DNA of 64,000 nucleotides from Phaeosaccion multiseriatum (GCA_965112735.1 CBCOSG010000001.1:124001-188000), one strand, 5' to 3'. Positions 10,526 to 21,010 are shown, numbered from the stretch's first letter. Notes: generated by a model not told the origin, from the sequence alone. Translations and numbers: made by a program.

Positions 10526-11098
10526 ATGGAACAAAAATTAAGAAAAAAAATCAGAGGTCCTGAAAATATAAAAAAAAAAACAGTTTACATTTTTCCCCGA
10601 TATGAAAATCGTACCTTCTTGGAGAAGGTCGACCTGTTCTTTTTCAGACTTTTCAACATTGTTCTATTTGGGCTGGTAGGATTATCCTCCCTTCTTGAGG
10701 TATTAATGTTGGATTTATTTTTACATGGGGACACACGTTTTACCTCGGGGATAACCCCAGGGGTTATCGCTATTCTCATACTTTTCGGTTTTGCATTCTA
10801 TATTCTTGAATGGGAGGTCAAAGAAGATCCCGGAGTAACAGAAAACTTTGGGAAGTTTCAGGGATTAAGCCCCCTTTCCAAGATAAAGTTTACCCTGTTT
10901 TGGTTCGCACACTATATTTTAGTGTGCATATTTGGAGGGACTTGTGCCTATTATGCGTACAAATACTCTTGTCAGCACTACCACCTCATACCAATCTCGG
11001 AGACGTACCCATATGAACCCTATCTTGGGTCTTTGGGTATATTGGGATTGTTCATTCTCTGGTTATACCTTGACCCTCCACGCAAAAGAAAAGAATAA
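10526..11098 (+). CDS. orf190, unassigned membrane protein with about 4 TM segments; paralogue of orf176
   Basis: Open in both arms; shares FLEKVDLF, NFGKFQGLSPLSK, YHLIPISE.YPYEPYLG with orf176. Confidence 0.8.
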   Translation: MEQKLRKKIRGPENIKKKTVYIFPRYENRTFLEKVDLFFFRLFNIVLFGLVGLSSLLEVLMLDLFLHGDTRFTSGITPGVIAILILFGFAFYILEWEVKEDPGVTENFGKFQGLSPLSKIKFTLFWFAHYILVCIFGGTCAYYAYKYSCQHYHLIPISETYPYEPYLGSLGILGLFILWLYLDPPRKRKE

Positions 11099-11141
11099 GA
11101 CCCCTATGGACTTTTACATTTGTTAAGAGGGGCTCATATAA

Positions 11142-11426
<285 letters not shown>

Positions 11427-11478
11427 ATTTATATAGCAAGATTAAACCTTCAGGTTATAACTAAGGACTTCGTCCTCG

Positions 11479-11550
11479 TCCTCAGTAGCTCAGAGGTAGA
11501 GCGAATGGCTGTTAACCATTAGGTCATTGGTTCGAATCCAGTTTGGGGAG
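11479..11550 (+). tRNA. trnN: tRNA-Asn(GUU)
   Basis: AATGG-CTGTTAA-CCATT. Confidence 0.93.
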
Positions 11551-11655
11551 AGCTTTTATTAATTTTTATAAACTAGACTTAAAAAAGGAAAAGATTCGAA
11601 TTTATAAAATCATACAAATAAGTATAATTGGACATACGAAGTTTTGAAAAAGGCC

Positions 11656-13377
11656 ATGAGCTTTATTTTATCTTACGCTAGTGTTTTTCTTTTGCATCCT
11701 GTCTTTCTCCAGATTTCTTTGCCTTATTTTTTGAATCAGTCAAAAGTTTATGTTCAAGTCCTTTTGGGTAGTTTACATATTGTTGGGCTAACTTGGTTTT
11801 ATGGAGGAGAATACGGTTACTTTCTTGGAATTTGTAGTCTTGGAACGCTTCTTAGTTTTTATCTTCCTAAACCCAGCTTGCTCGGTCTTATAAGTTTTAT
11901 TTTTCTTCTTTTGTGTTCTTCTCCCGGCTTAGAAAACCTTTTCTTAGGGGTGATCGGTGGTGTGTCACTTCTTTGTGTCTTGCCTTCTTGTCAGGAATCT
12001 TTATGCAAGCAGATATGCTTAAGTATCGCAAGCGGAGCTTTTGTGTATTCTTTTTACCTTTGGACTTACTTCTCTTCTTTTACTCAACATTTTCAATGGG
12101 GCTATCAATGGTCTTGGTTCTATAGTTTGGGTTTAACTCAAGATTGGGGTGTAGATGGTTTATCTGTTTTCCTTTTTCTTTTAACCACTTTTCTTTTCTT
12201 TTTATGTACTCTTTCAGCTTGGGGAAGTATAAATCGAAATATAAGATCATACCTTATTTGTTTCTTAATTATGGAAATTCTTCTTTTAGCTGTGTTTTGC
12301 ACACTTGATTTAATGGTTTTTTACATCTGTTTTGAGGGAATTCTTATTCCCATGTACTTTGTTATGGGGTCCTGGGGATCAAGTAAAAGACGGATTTACG
12401 CGTCCACGTTGTTCTTTTTTTATACCCTCGGAGGTTCGTTGGCAATGCTTTTAAGCATTTTCTACATGTATGTAGAATGCGGAAGTACAGATTACATCAG
12501 TCTTATGAATCTGAATTGGACTAAAACAGAGGAATACTACCTTTGGTTAGGTTTCTTTTTATCTTTTGCTTCCAAATTGCCGATGTTACCTTTCCACGTT
12601 TGGCTACCTGAGGCTCATGTAGAAGCCCCTACTACGGCTTCAGTACTTTTGGCAGGAATTTTATTAAAGTTGGGAACTTACGGGTTCTTACGTTTTTCTC
12701 TGGGTCTTTTCCCATGGGCCAGCTTATACTTTAGCCCCTTTTTATCCAGTTTAGCAATTGTAGGGGTTGTGTATACTTCTCTTACAGCCATTCGACAGGT
12801 AGATCTAAAGCGTATTATTGCTTATACCTCTGTAGCTCATATGAACTTGGTAGTATTAGGAATGTTTAGTTTTACAACCTCCGGTATTCAAGGAGCTTTA
12901 TTACAAAGTTTGAGTCATGGTTTAGTATCTTCAGGCCTATTCCTTTGTGTTGGAGTGGTTTATGATCGTTATCACAACCGCCTTCTACCTTATTATGGAG
13001 GTTTGGTTCAAGTGATGCCTCTTTTTGTAATCTGTTTCCTTTTTTTTAGCTTGGCAAACATGGGTTTACCAGGAACCAGTAGTTTCGTAGGGGAGTTCCT
13101 TCTCTTAATTGGTATTTTTCACGTAAATACTCTTGGCTGTTTACTAGGAGGCAGTGGTATGGTGTTCAGTGCTATCTATGCTCTTTGGTTAGCCAATCGT
13201 ATGTGTTATGGGAATTTGAATACTCATCATATGACTGAATTTCATGATTTGAGTCCTCTGGATTTTGTAATACTGTGTAGTCTTATTCTATGTAGTCTAA
13301 TGATGGGTGTTCAGCCCTCTTGGTTTCTTAGTCCTATGGAATTTAGCATTCAATGCAGTCTACACCACTTTTATTAA
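11656..13377 (+). CDS. nad4: NADH dehydrogenase subunit 4 with long hydrophobic N-terminal extension
   Basis: KLPMLPFHVWLPEAHVEAPT, DLKRIIAYTSVAHM; first ATG at 11656. Confidence 0.96.
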   Translation: MSFILSYASVFLLHPVFLQISLPYFLNQSKVYVQVLLGSLHIVGLTWFYGGEYGYFLGICSLGTLLSFYLPKPSLLGLISFIFLLLCSSPGLENLFLGVIGGVSLLCVLPSCQESLCKQICLSIASGAFVYSFYLWTYFSSFTQHFQWGYQWSWFYSLGLTQDWGVDGLSVFLFLLTTFLFFLCTLSAWGSINRNIRSYLICFLIMEILLLAVFCTLDLMVFYICFEGILIPMYFVMGSWGSSKRRIYASTLFFFYTLGGSLAMLLSIFYMYVECGSTDYISLMNLNWTKTEEYYLWLGFFLSFASKLPMLPFHVWLPEAHVEAPTTASVLLAGILLKLGTYGFLRFSLGLFPWASLYFSPFLSSLAIVGVVYTSLTAIRQVDLKRIIAYTSVAHMNLVVLGMFSFTTSGIQGALLQSLSHGLVSSGLFLCVGVVYDRYHNRLLPYYGGLVQVMPLFVICFLFFSLANMGLPGTSSFVGEFLLLIGIFHVNTLGCLLGGSGMVFSAIYALWLANRMCYGNLNTHHMTEFHDLSPLDFVILCSLILCSLMMGVQPSWFLSPMEFSIQCSLHHFY

Positions 13378-13637
13378 GAAGTATTTTGTTTTATTCATTT
13401 TTGTTACCTTTTTTACTAATTGCTTACTTTGTGGTAGTTCTGCTAGGTTTCGGTTTAAGTTCTTACTTGCAAAATCAACTGCTTGATAAAAATCTAAGAT
13501 AGGTTAAATTAATAATGAGAACCTTTACGCGATTTAGCGTACTGTTCAAATCATTCAATTACGAAAGTAAATAGGGAAAGTAAGCAAAAAGAAAAAGAAT
13601 ACCTCCCGAGTCAAAATAGAGAAAATTTATACGTCCT

Positions 13638-14168
13638 ATGGGCACTAAAAAAAAATTTATTAGACCCTTCTTTAAGAATAGAAGCTTCTTAGAAAAGGTG
13701 GACCTATTCCTTTTTGCTTATTTCACTTGTATTCTATTTACGATGGCAGTATTATCATCCCTTCTTGAAGTGGGATCCTTACTAAACTTTTTAAAGGGAA
13801 AGAAAAGTTTTCCCTCGCCGATAATCGGGGGAGTTACCGGTCTTATCGTGCTTTGCGCTATAGGACTCTTCTTTTTTGACCACAGGGTCAAACAAGATTC
13901 CGGGGTAACAGTAAACTTTGGAAAGTTTCAGGGATTAAGCCCCCTTTCCAAAGTAACATTTTCCCTCTTTTGGTTCACACACTATATTTTAGTGTACTTA
14001 TTTGGAGAGGTTTGCGCCTATTATGGATGCAAGCAATTTTCTCATGTCTACCACCTCATACCAATCTCGGAGATGTACCCCTATGAACCCTATCTTGGGG
14101 CTTTGGGTATCTTGGGATTGTTGGCTGTATGCTTCTACATTGACCCTCCACGGGAGAGGAAAGAGTAA
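13638..14168 (+). CDS. orf176, unassigned membrane protein; paralogue of orf190 with a nad11-like 5' end
   Basis: Open in both arms; motifs shared with orf190. Confidence 0.8.
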   Translation: MGTKKKFIRPFFKNRSFLEKVDLFLFAYFTCILFTMAVLSSLLEVGSLLNFLKGKKSFPSPIIGGVTGLIVLCAIGLFFFDHRVKQDSGVTVNFGKFQGLSPLSKVTFSLFWFTHYILVYLFGEVCAYYGCKQFSHVYHLIPISEMYPYEPYLGALGILGLLAVCFYIDPPRERKE

Positions 14169-14266
14169 GAGTCCTGTAGACTTTTTATAAATTTTACTAA
14201 AGAAGAAGGACTAGTAAGAGCTTATGTTTCCCAATCTGCCTACTGCTTAAATAAAACAAAAACCTT

Positions 14267-14647
14267 ATGATTCAAACCCAAACCATGTTTCGCCTCGGAG
14301 ATAATTCCGGGGTCCAAAGGCTTCGAAGTATCAAAATAAAACCTTATCCACGAGGAGGTCAAGCTAAATTCGGTCAAGATCTTCTTGTGTCAATTCGCCG
14401 ACTCAAGTCAAAGGCTACTCAGCGTTATGGCTTACGGAAGGGAGATAAACTTCGAGGATTTATTTTACACACTCGTGCTATTCAAAGACGTAAAAATGGA
14501 TTGAACCTGCGTTTTGGTCACAATCGGGTACTGTGCTTTACCAAAAATCAGAAAGTACTAGGTAGTAGAGTGTTTTATCCACTTCCAATAGAACTAAGAA
14601 AGCGTAAATTTATGAAGGTGGCCAGTATGGCTCCTATATGGGTGTAA
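14267..14647 (+). CDS. rpl14: Ribosomal protein L14
   Basis: MIQTQT..LGDNSG, GSRVFYPLPIELR, KVASMAP. Confidence 0.93.
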   Translation: MIQTQTMFRLGDNSGVQRLRSIKIKPYPRGGQAKFGQDLLVSIRRLKSKATQRYGLRKGDKLRGFILHTRAIQRRKNGLNLRFGHNRVLCFTKNQKVLGSRVFYPLPIELRKRKFMKVASMAPIWV

Positions 14648-15084
14648 TGCAATTGATTTCTTTAAGAAAAGACGTTCACTGCCAATTATTGACCCAGAGT
14701 ATTGACCTAGCTAGTGTAAATAAGAAAAACACTCACCTTCCTTTACCTAGGCTTGTAGGAGGGAGCCCTTGCGGAGAAAACTCGCCTAGCCTTTGTTCAT
14801 TGGTATTTATGGATGTGGTGCATGGAACTAAGCCGAAGATTTTGGGTCCTAGATCCGTTAATCCAGGTAGATGTCATTTAGGAGGTTGGGTTAACAAAAA
14901 GGAGGGCTACGGATTTTGGGTACTTATGCAGGTGGATATTCTTCCTCAGGTGGAAACTAAAATTGAATCTCGTTTAAGTCTACCTTCTGAGAAAAGCCTT
15001 TTGAATTTTGCGTCATTGTATTCCATGGTCTATAACCAACCTAAAATTCACATCTGGTGGCAATTCAAAAGTAGTTTTTGGTAG
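14647..15084 (+). CDS. rpl5: Probable highly divergent ribosomal protein L5
   Basis: TAATG coupling directly behind rpl14 (usual rpl5 position); weak motifs (LPRL, GTKPK); mostly synteny-based. Confidence 0.5.
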   Translation: MQLISLRKDVHCQLLTQSIDLASVNKKNTHLPLPRLVGGSPCGENSPSLCSLVFMDVVHGTKPKILGPRSVNPGRCHLGGWVNKKEGYGFWVLMQVDILPQVETKIESRLSLPSEKSLLNFASLYSMVYNQPKIHIWWQFKSSFW

Positions 15085-15219
15085 TTCATAACATCTTAGT
15101 AAGTTGGTAGTCCTGATTTTAGAGATAAACTTAGTTCTACGGCTCTTCATGTGGCCATTTTCATAGTTTTCATAGGTAGATGACTAATTGTAAATATTAT
15201 AAGTAAGACTTTATAAAAG

Positions 15220-15350
15220 CCATGTTGTTCTGTATTGGCCCCTTTATAGGGGCCACAAAACAGGTGATGCCTGCCTGAAAAGAGTCCGTGGCATTTAGGA
15301 GGAAACTACAATACACTATGTTGTGTTGTGATTTCCACCTAGAGGCCCCC
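15220..15350 (+). ncRNA. Three-hairpin structured element A (candidate divergent or permuted 5S rRNA)
   Basis: TGGCCCCT-TTAT-AGGGGCCA; GATGCC..GGCATT; TAGG.GGAAA...TTTCC.CCTA; core shared with 26110..26232. Confidence 0.35.
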
Positions 15351-15351
15351 C

Positions 15352-15425
15352 AGATTTGTAGCTCAATTGGATAGAGTGTCGGATTTCGGTCCCGAGGGAT
15401 GTAAGTTCAAGTCTTACCAAATCTA
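15352..15425 (+). tRNA. trnR: tRNA-Arg(UCG)
   Basis: TCGGA-TTTCGGT-CCCGA, AGATTTG/CAAATCT. Confidence 0.9.
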
Positions 15426-15433
15426 AGTTTAAA

Positions 15434-15515
15434 GGAGAGGTGACCGAGTGGTTAATGGTGTCAGACTGTAAATCTGATGGAACTTCCTTCATAGGTTCGA
15501 ATCCTATCCCCTCCT
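15434..15515 (+). tRNA. trnY: tRNA-Tyr(GUA)
   Basis: TCAGA-CTGTAAA-TCTGA. Confidence 0.92.
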
Positions 15516-17562
15516 GTGTGTAGGTTTTTTTCTGTCTTTTTGTCATTGTTGCATGGGTATTTTTGGATTTCAGTTCTCGTCTTTCCTTTGGTGACAACCC
15601 AGTTTTTGCTTTTGAACAAAGAAAAAAAAAGTTTTGGCGGGAAACTAAAACAAAAGTTCTGAGAAAAGTCTTTGATCTAAAAAATTAAAGAAAGTTTTGG
15701 TTGTCCGTTGATAATAAAAAAAATGAATACCACAAAAAAAATCTATTCTAGAATTCCCTTGTCTGGGTGGCTAAAACGCTTTAAATATAAGACAAAACAT
15801 ATCGATTAGAAAGATTCTTCCCACTACAAGCACAAAGGCAGATATTTGGCTTCAGAAGGCTTGTCCACAGCCAAGAAGAAAATTCTATTTAAGCTTTCTA
15901 TATAAAATCAAAAGATGAATTAAAATGTCTTTGTCAGTTTCGTCGATTTACAGGCTAAATTTAAGGAGAAAAGACAGGAGAGCTTTTGATCAACAAACTG
16001 TTCCCATAGAAACCAAAAGTCGACTTCGATGCAAAATAGACACCGAAAGTACAAAAGCTTCAAAACTTTAATTCTTTACTAAAAAACCTAATTTTTTGAT
16101 CTACACGATCCTAAAAAAAAATAAAAACTATGTTTGTTAGTCTTGCCAAAGTTTAAGTATATTGGTGTACTTCTTGATTCCTACTGACCTATTGTATTAT
16201 CACCCAGAAGCCTAATGCAAGGATAGGAAGGACTTATTTGATCAAAATGCCTCACTTATTAAGTTTTAGCATTAATCTACTCTAACTCAAGTTTTGACCC
16301 CTTATTTAAGCTTTTTACAGCCCTTAAAACCGTCACTCAAATGCGGATAAATAAAGCTTTACCAATAGACAAGCTAAAGTTCTTTTAAGTTTTCATCAAA
16401 TACAGGAAAATAAACAAAGTATTTCATCAACACAGTTTAGAACTATTTGGTCTGTTCTTTTTTTGTAAGCTCAAGTCTTTTCTTAGTTAGTCAGCTTCTG
16501 GCCGAAGCTTAGCTTAATTTAACCCCTAAAGATACTTGAGAAATAATAATTTTCCCTAAATTAGTAGAATAAGATTGCCTGCAAGACTTAGACCACACCA
16601 TAGAATCAAGTCAGACTTGGAGTGAAGTCTAGTTAAGAAAGAGGGGACTCTTAAGATAGCAGACTTGGTCGAAATTGAGATAAATAGAAGTGTGGAAGAC
16701 CAAAGATTGAGAAAGAAAACTATGTCTTTCGTCAATTAGAAACCGATTGTTTAAAAAATCCTTTGCAGTGTTTGATTTTCATTGAGCCTTAACCCCATTT
16801 TACGCCTAGAGACTAAATATTTTTTAAAAGGCACCGAAGAGAAGGTTAGATTGACAGTGAAACATTTAGTGGACGGAAGGTTTATTCTCTGGACCAAAGA
16901 TATAAGAGAACCTTTTCTATCGGTTCCATAAAATAAAGTTTATTAGTTCTAAAAGTATAAAGCACTTTACTTCATCTCAAATGGAGGCTATAATGTTGGT
17001 TATTAGGCAGCTGAGACTTTGGTAACTAGACTCAGCATCCCAATCATGCGCTAGTTAAAGTATAAAATTTCCTTGATTTGGTTATGATCTCTTAGTTAAA
17101 TATGAGGAAAAATTGCTCTTTCCGTCTAATAGAAATGAGTTAACAAACTCATTGATGGACATCTTTAATCAATCTTTTCTTTTTGATTAAGTTTTTAGGG
17201 AACAGACCCGAACAAAAAAGAGGAAAAAAAGAGGTACACTTAAAAAAGCCAAAAGTCTGCTCTCGTAATTAAACCAATCCTTTGTACTGAACCAAAACTC
17301 TGTAAGTGCTCGAAAAAACCTGTTCCTTACATTAGATTGTGTTTTCTCATATGAGAGGGCTACCAAATGCGAGTCCCATCTTTAGCACGAAACCCCAACC
17401 CTGTAGGATCTGGAGTGTAATTTGCAAATGGGCCCTACATACTGGCTGGTCCGGGAACCGGGGAAATTTATTTATCCACAAGAATCTAAATCATAAAATT
17501 AAAATAAAGCTTTATAGACCACATCCCCCTTGTTTATTTCTTGGAAATAAAAAAGATCAAAG

Positions 17563-18868
17563 ACTTGAGTTTGATCCTGGCTCAGGATGAAGGCTAGGAG
17601 TATGCCTAACACATGCGAGTGTTGCCTTCTCTTAGAAGAAGAAAGCGCGAACGGGTGAGTAATACTTGGAAATCTGCCCTTTCTGAAGAAAGTAAGTAGG
17701 GAGTCTTCCCCACTTTTGCCTAATTTAGACAAAAAAGAAAGGAAGAATCCTCGAAGGATTAAGGAAGTAGGAAGGATGACAGCCTTCCTATTCAAAGATC
17801 CTTAGTTGGTCTGTGAGGTCGACCAGCCACATTGGAACTGAGACAAGGTCCAAGCCCCTGTAAGGGGCCAGCAGTGAGGAATCTTGGACAATGAGCGGAA
17901 GCTTGATCCAGCAATATTCCAAGGGGGAAGAAGGCTAAACTGGTTGTAAACCCCTCTCCCGTGGAAAGATTCAGACGCCATTCACAGGGGTAGTCCCGGC
18001 CAATTCTCGTGCCAGCAGTCGCGGTAATACGAGGGGGCAAGCCTTATCCAGAATGATTGGGCATAAAGGGTTCGTAGAGGGCATTTTCCTAGATCGTAAG
18101 ATAAATTCTACCCCCCAAGGGTATGACTTTTGACAAAACCGGGATGCTAGAGTCGAAGAGAAGATAACAGAATCACTTATTTAGGGATAAAATCCGTAGA
18201 CATAAGTGGGAATACCAGAGGCGAAGGCGGTTATCTAGATTCGCACTGACCTTCAGGGACTAAAGTGTGGGGAGCAAACAGGACTTGACCCCCTGGTAGT
18301 CCACACCCTAAAATATCAGCCTAGCTGTTTAGACTGAGAAGTTTAAGCATCTTCCCTGCTAAGGCTAAGGCTGCGCCTGAGAAGTACAGCATTCAGATCT
18401 GAAATTCAAAGGAATTGGCGGGGGCTTATACAAGTGGTGGAGCATGTGGTTTAATGCGATGCTACGCGCCAAACCTTACCAGTTCTGGAATACTTCTTTC
18501 CCTTTTCGGCCTCGGAGATAAGACCAAAGACAGGAAGTACAGGTATTGCATGGCTGTCGTCAGTCCGTGTCTTAGGATGTTAAGTTCACTCTTATAACGG
18601 ACGCAACCCTCTTGTGGCAGATAAAGCTCTTACCAAAGTTTTAATTGGTGAGTCCAACTTTGTCCATACTCCACATACTGCTTAGACTACGGTTTAAGAG
18701 GAAGGCGAGGATGAAGACAAGTCCTTATGGTCCTTATGAACTGGGCTACACACGTGCTACAATGGAAAGGACAATGAGTAGGAAAGATAAAATCAGTCTT
18801 TGCCAAACTTGAACACTTTCTTTGGTTCAGACTGAGGCCTGCAACTCGGCTTCACGAAGGCGGAATCA

Positions 18869-18901
<33 letters not shown>

Positions 18902-19066
18902 CTGTACCTAGGCTCTGTACAAACCGCCCGTCACATGTTGGAAGCCGGGCTTGCTCGAAGAATGTCAATGAAATGCTTTGTCTATTCTCTTGGATTTGAA
19001 AGTAGGCTTGGTAACTGAGATGAAGTCGTAACAAGGTAGTCGTAGAGGAATCTGCGGCTGAATTCA
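17563..19066 (+). rRNA. rns: Mitochondrial small subunit rRNA (ends approximate)
   Basis: GAGTTTGATCCTGGCTCAG, GTGCCAGCAG.CGCGGTAA, AAGTCGTAACAAGGTA; no anti-SD tail. Confidence 0.97.
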
Positions 19067-19108
19067 AAGAAATAAGGTCTTGAACCTCAGGCGGTATAGA
19101 ATTTAAGA

Positions 19109-19294
19109 ATGAAAGTTTTCTTTATAAAGGTGAAACATAAGCTTCTGGAACCTATGTCAGTCTTAAAACACAATATAGGGTTTTGGTATTTTTTAGGCAT
19201 CAGCATCACTGAGATTTTGAAGCTCTTGGTGAGTATGCTTATTTTTTTTTGGTTTTGTGTACTAATGAACTTCTTTAATTTGATAAAAAATTAA
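19109..19294 (+). CDS. orf61, small hydrophobic ORF between rns and orf280
   Basis: ATG-initiated, open in both arms; no recognised homology. Confidence 0.25.
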   Translation: MKVFFIKVKHKLLEPMSVLKHNIGFWYFLGISITEILKLLVSMLIFFWFCVLMNFFNLIKN

Positions 19295-19311
19295 ACTAAT
19301 GAGCTCTCTAC

Positions 19312-20154
19312 TTGTACTTGCAGTTTTTAGTCAATTCTCCTGCAAAATCTTGGTTTAAAATTTTAAGCCCTGCTTTCATTTTGACTTTAGGAATTCAAAC
19401 TCTTTTACTGCCGCTACCGTATATGTACCCAAATTCGGCCTCGTTCATTTTTAAAGCGAGTCTTTGTGTGGTTTGGGTGTTTCAATATCAAAAATGGTCG
19501 ATGATACTAAAATTTGAAAATGCCAAAACTCGGTCTAAAGAGGGCCTTTATGTAGTCTCTCTTTACGCGGACAGTCTTACCCATCCAATCTTTGGCAAAC
19601 TTCAGACATATCTGTATTGGTCTTTTGTATTGGGGATTCTTCTGCCGCGGCAGTATTCAAATATGGCCTACTTTGTAGGTGTAATTTTCGTATTAATGTC
19701 CATTTACTTCTTGCCAGGATATCTGCGGGCAACGCGGCGGCTTTTTAATGAATGTTTTTTGGACCCCCGTGTACTCTATGAGAGAGGGTTCACGAAAAAG
19801 AGGTTAGTGTGGGAGCTAACTGTGGAACACTTAAAGAGGGCCGGAATTTTCATTATAGGGGGCCTACTTGTCGACGTGGGGATCGGAAAGTACCTTTATG
19901 GCCCAGACGGGAGGTCGTCGATGCAAAACTTATTTTCTTCGACGTTTGCTAACTTCACTGCGGACACTCACGAAAGTGTCACAAAATTCCGATTCCTCGA
20001 GAGAAGAGGAGTCCCCTCAGAGCTATTGAAGACGGCGTCCGGGAAAGTAGATGTAGGGGCAGTAAATTGGTTCCTTCAGGACTATAATACCGTTCTTGAT
20101 TATGTAGGAGAAGAGTATAGAGCCCAACTAGAGGATACAATCGAAAAACCTTAA
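19312..20154 (+). CDS. orf280, unassigned membrane protein; paralogue of orf285 (start uncertain)
   Basis: Shares GFTKKR.VWE..VEH and DGRSS.QN..SSTF.NFTADT.ESVTKFR with 24831..25689. Confidence 0.8.
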   Translation: MYLQFLVNSPAKSWFKILSPAFILTLGIQTLLLPLPYMYPNSASFIFKASLCVVWVFQYQKWSMILKFENAKTRSKEGLYVVSLYADSLTHPIFGKLQTYLYWSFVLGILLPRQYSNMAYFVGVIFVLMSIYFLPGYLRATRRLFNECFLDPRVLYERGFTKKRLVWELTVEHLKRAGIFIIGGLLVDVGIGKYLYGPDGRSSMQNLFSSTFANFTADTHESVTKFRFLERRGVPSELLKTASGKVDVGAVNWFLQDYNTVLDYVGEEYRAQLEDTIEKP

Positions 20155-20228
20155 TGGGTAGATTACAATACTAGAAAAGTAGAATAATCCTAAGTAAATT
20201 ATCTTGTGTTCTACGCTATTAAGCTATA

Positions 20229-20494
20229 GAATTATAAGTGAGTCTACTGCGCGAAGCTTAGGCAGTGGAGGTAGTTTGATTTGTGAAGTTTTTTAAATCT
20301 AAGATTCACGTAGTTTTTTCATATACTGGTGGACTAAAGCACTTGGCCAGCTTGTTAGGCTCATGATCTAAAAGTCGTAGGTATAAGTTCTACCTTTGCC
20401 CGCAATATCCTGTTTCCTGACTTTCTGGGATTTAAGATGAAGACCAAAAAATATATATTAAATTAGCTACACCCCACTCCACTTCTCTTGTGAG
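20229..20494 (+). pseudogene. Duplicated remnant: rps8 3' end, decayed trnfM and rps10 5' end
   Basis: Near-identical to 6788..7053; rps10 ATG lost. Confidence 0.9.
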
Positions 20495-20590
20495 GGAAAA
20501 AATAAGGAAAAAAGAAGCAAACAGTAATTTATAGAACCTAGATTTGTTTCAGAGGAGCAAATACGGACTTCGTGATATTTAGGAAGAACC

Positions 20591-20743
20591 ATGCCACAAT
20601 TTGATCAAATCACCTTTTTTACTCAAATTCTTAATTTGGGTTTGTGTTTTTTTGGATTTTATTTTTTCTTTGTTTTCTACTACCTGCCCAGTCTTAGTGC
20701 CTCTTTAAAATTACGCAAGATTTTTAAGGATCTTCCCCGTTAA
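20591..20743 (+). CDS. atp8: ATP synthase subunit 8 (50 aa, below ORF-track cutoff)
   Basis: MPQFDQITFFTQ...LPSLSASLKLRK. Confidence 0.93.
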   Translation: MPQFDQITFFTQILNLGLCFFGFYFFFVFYYLPSLSASLKLRKIFKDLPR

Positions 20744-20766
20744 GTATCTGATGTTCGAAGCCCAGT

Positions 20767-20840
20767 CGGGAAATGGCGCAGCTTGGTAGCGCATCTGTTT
20801 TGGGAACAGAAGGTCATGTGTTCAAATCACATTTTCCCGA
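20767..20840 (+). tRNA. trnP: tRNA-Pro(UGG)
   Basis: TCTGT-TTTGGGA-ACAGA. Confidence 0.93.
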
Positions 20841-20939
20841 ATACTTAGGTATTTGCCTACGAACTTCAGGAGCCTAATAGAAAACCTCAAGGTATCTCTT
20901 GCATCACATATTTTGGTAATTTTAGTGAATGCGATGGGA

Positions 20940-21010
20940 GACCGGATAGCATAAGGGCAATGCCTTGGATTGCAAATCCAATTATGGGAATTCGACTTTC
21001 CCTCCGGTCT
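20940..21010 (+). tRNA. trnC: tRNA-Cys(GCA)
   Basis: TTGGA-TTGCAAA-TCCAA, GACCGGA/TCCGGTC. Confidence 0.9.

Noticed and set aside
15352-15515. tRNA editing, suggested by single mismatches in the trnR anticodon stem and trnY acceptor stem
   Set aside because: Isolated mismatches outside acceptor positions 1-3; no systematic pattern
15524-15688. Open frame VFFCLFVIVAWVFLDF...KVFDLKN after trnY
   Set aside because: No start codon before the hydrophobic segment, short, and unsupported by homology
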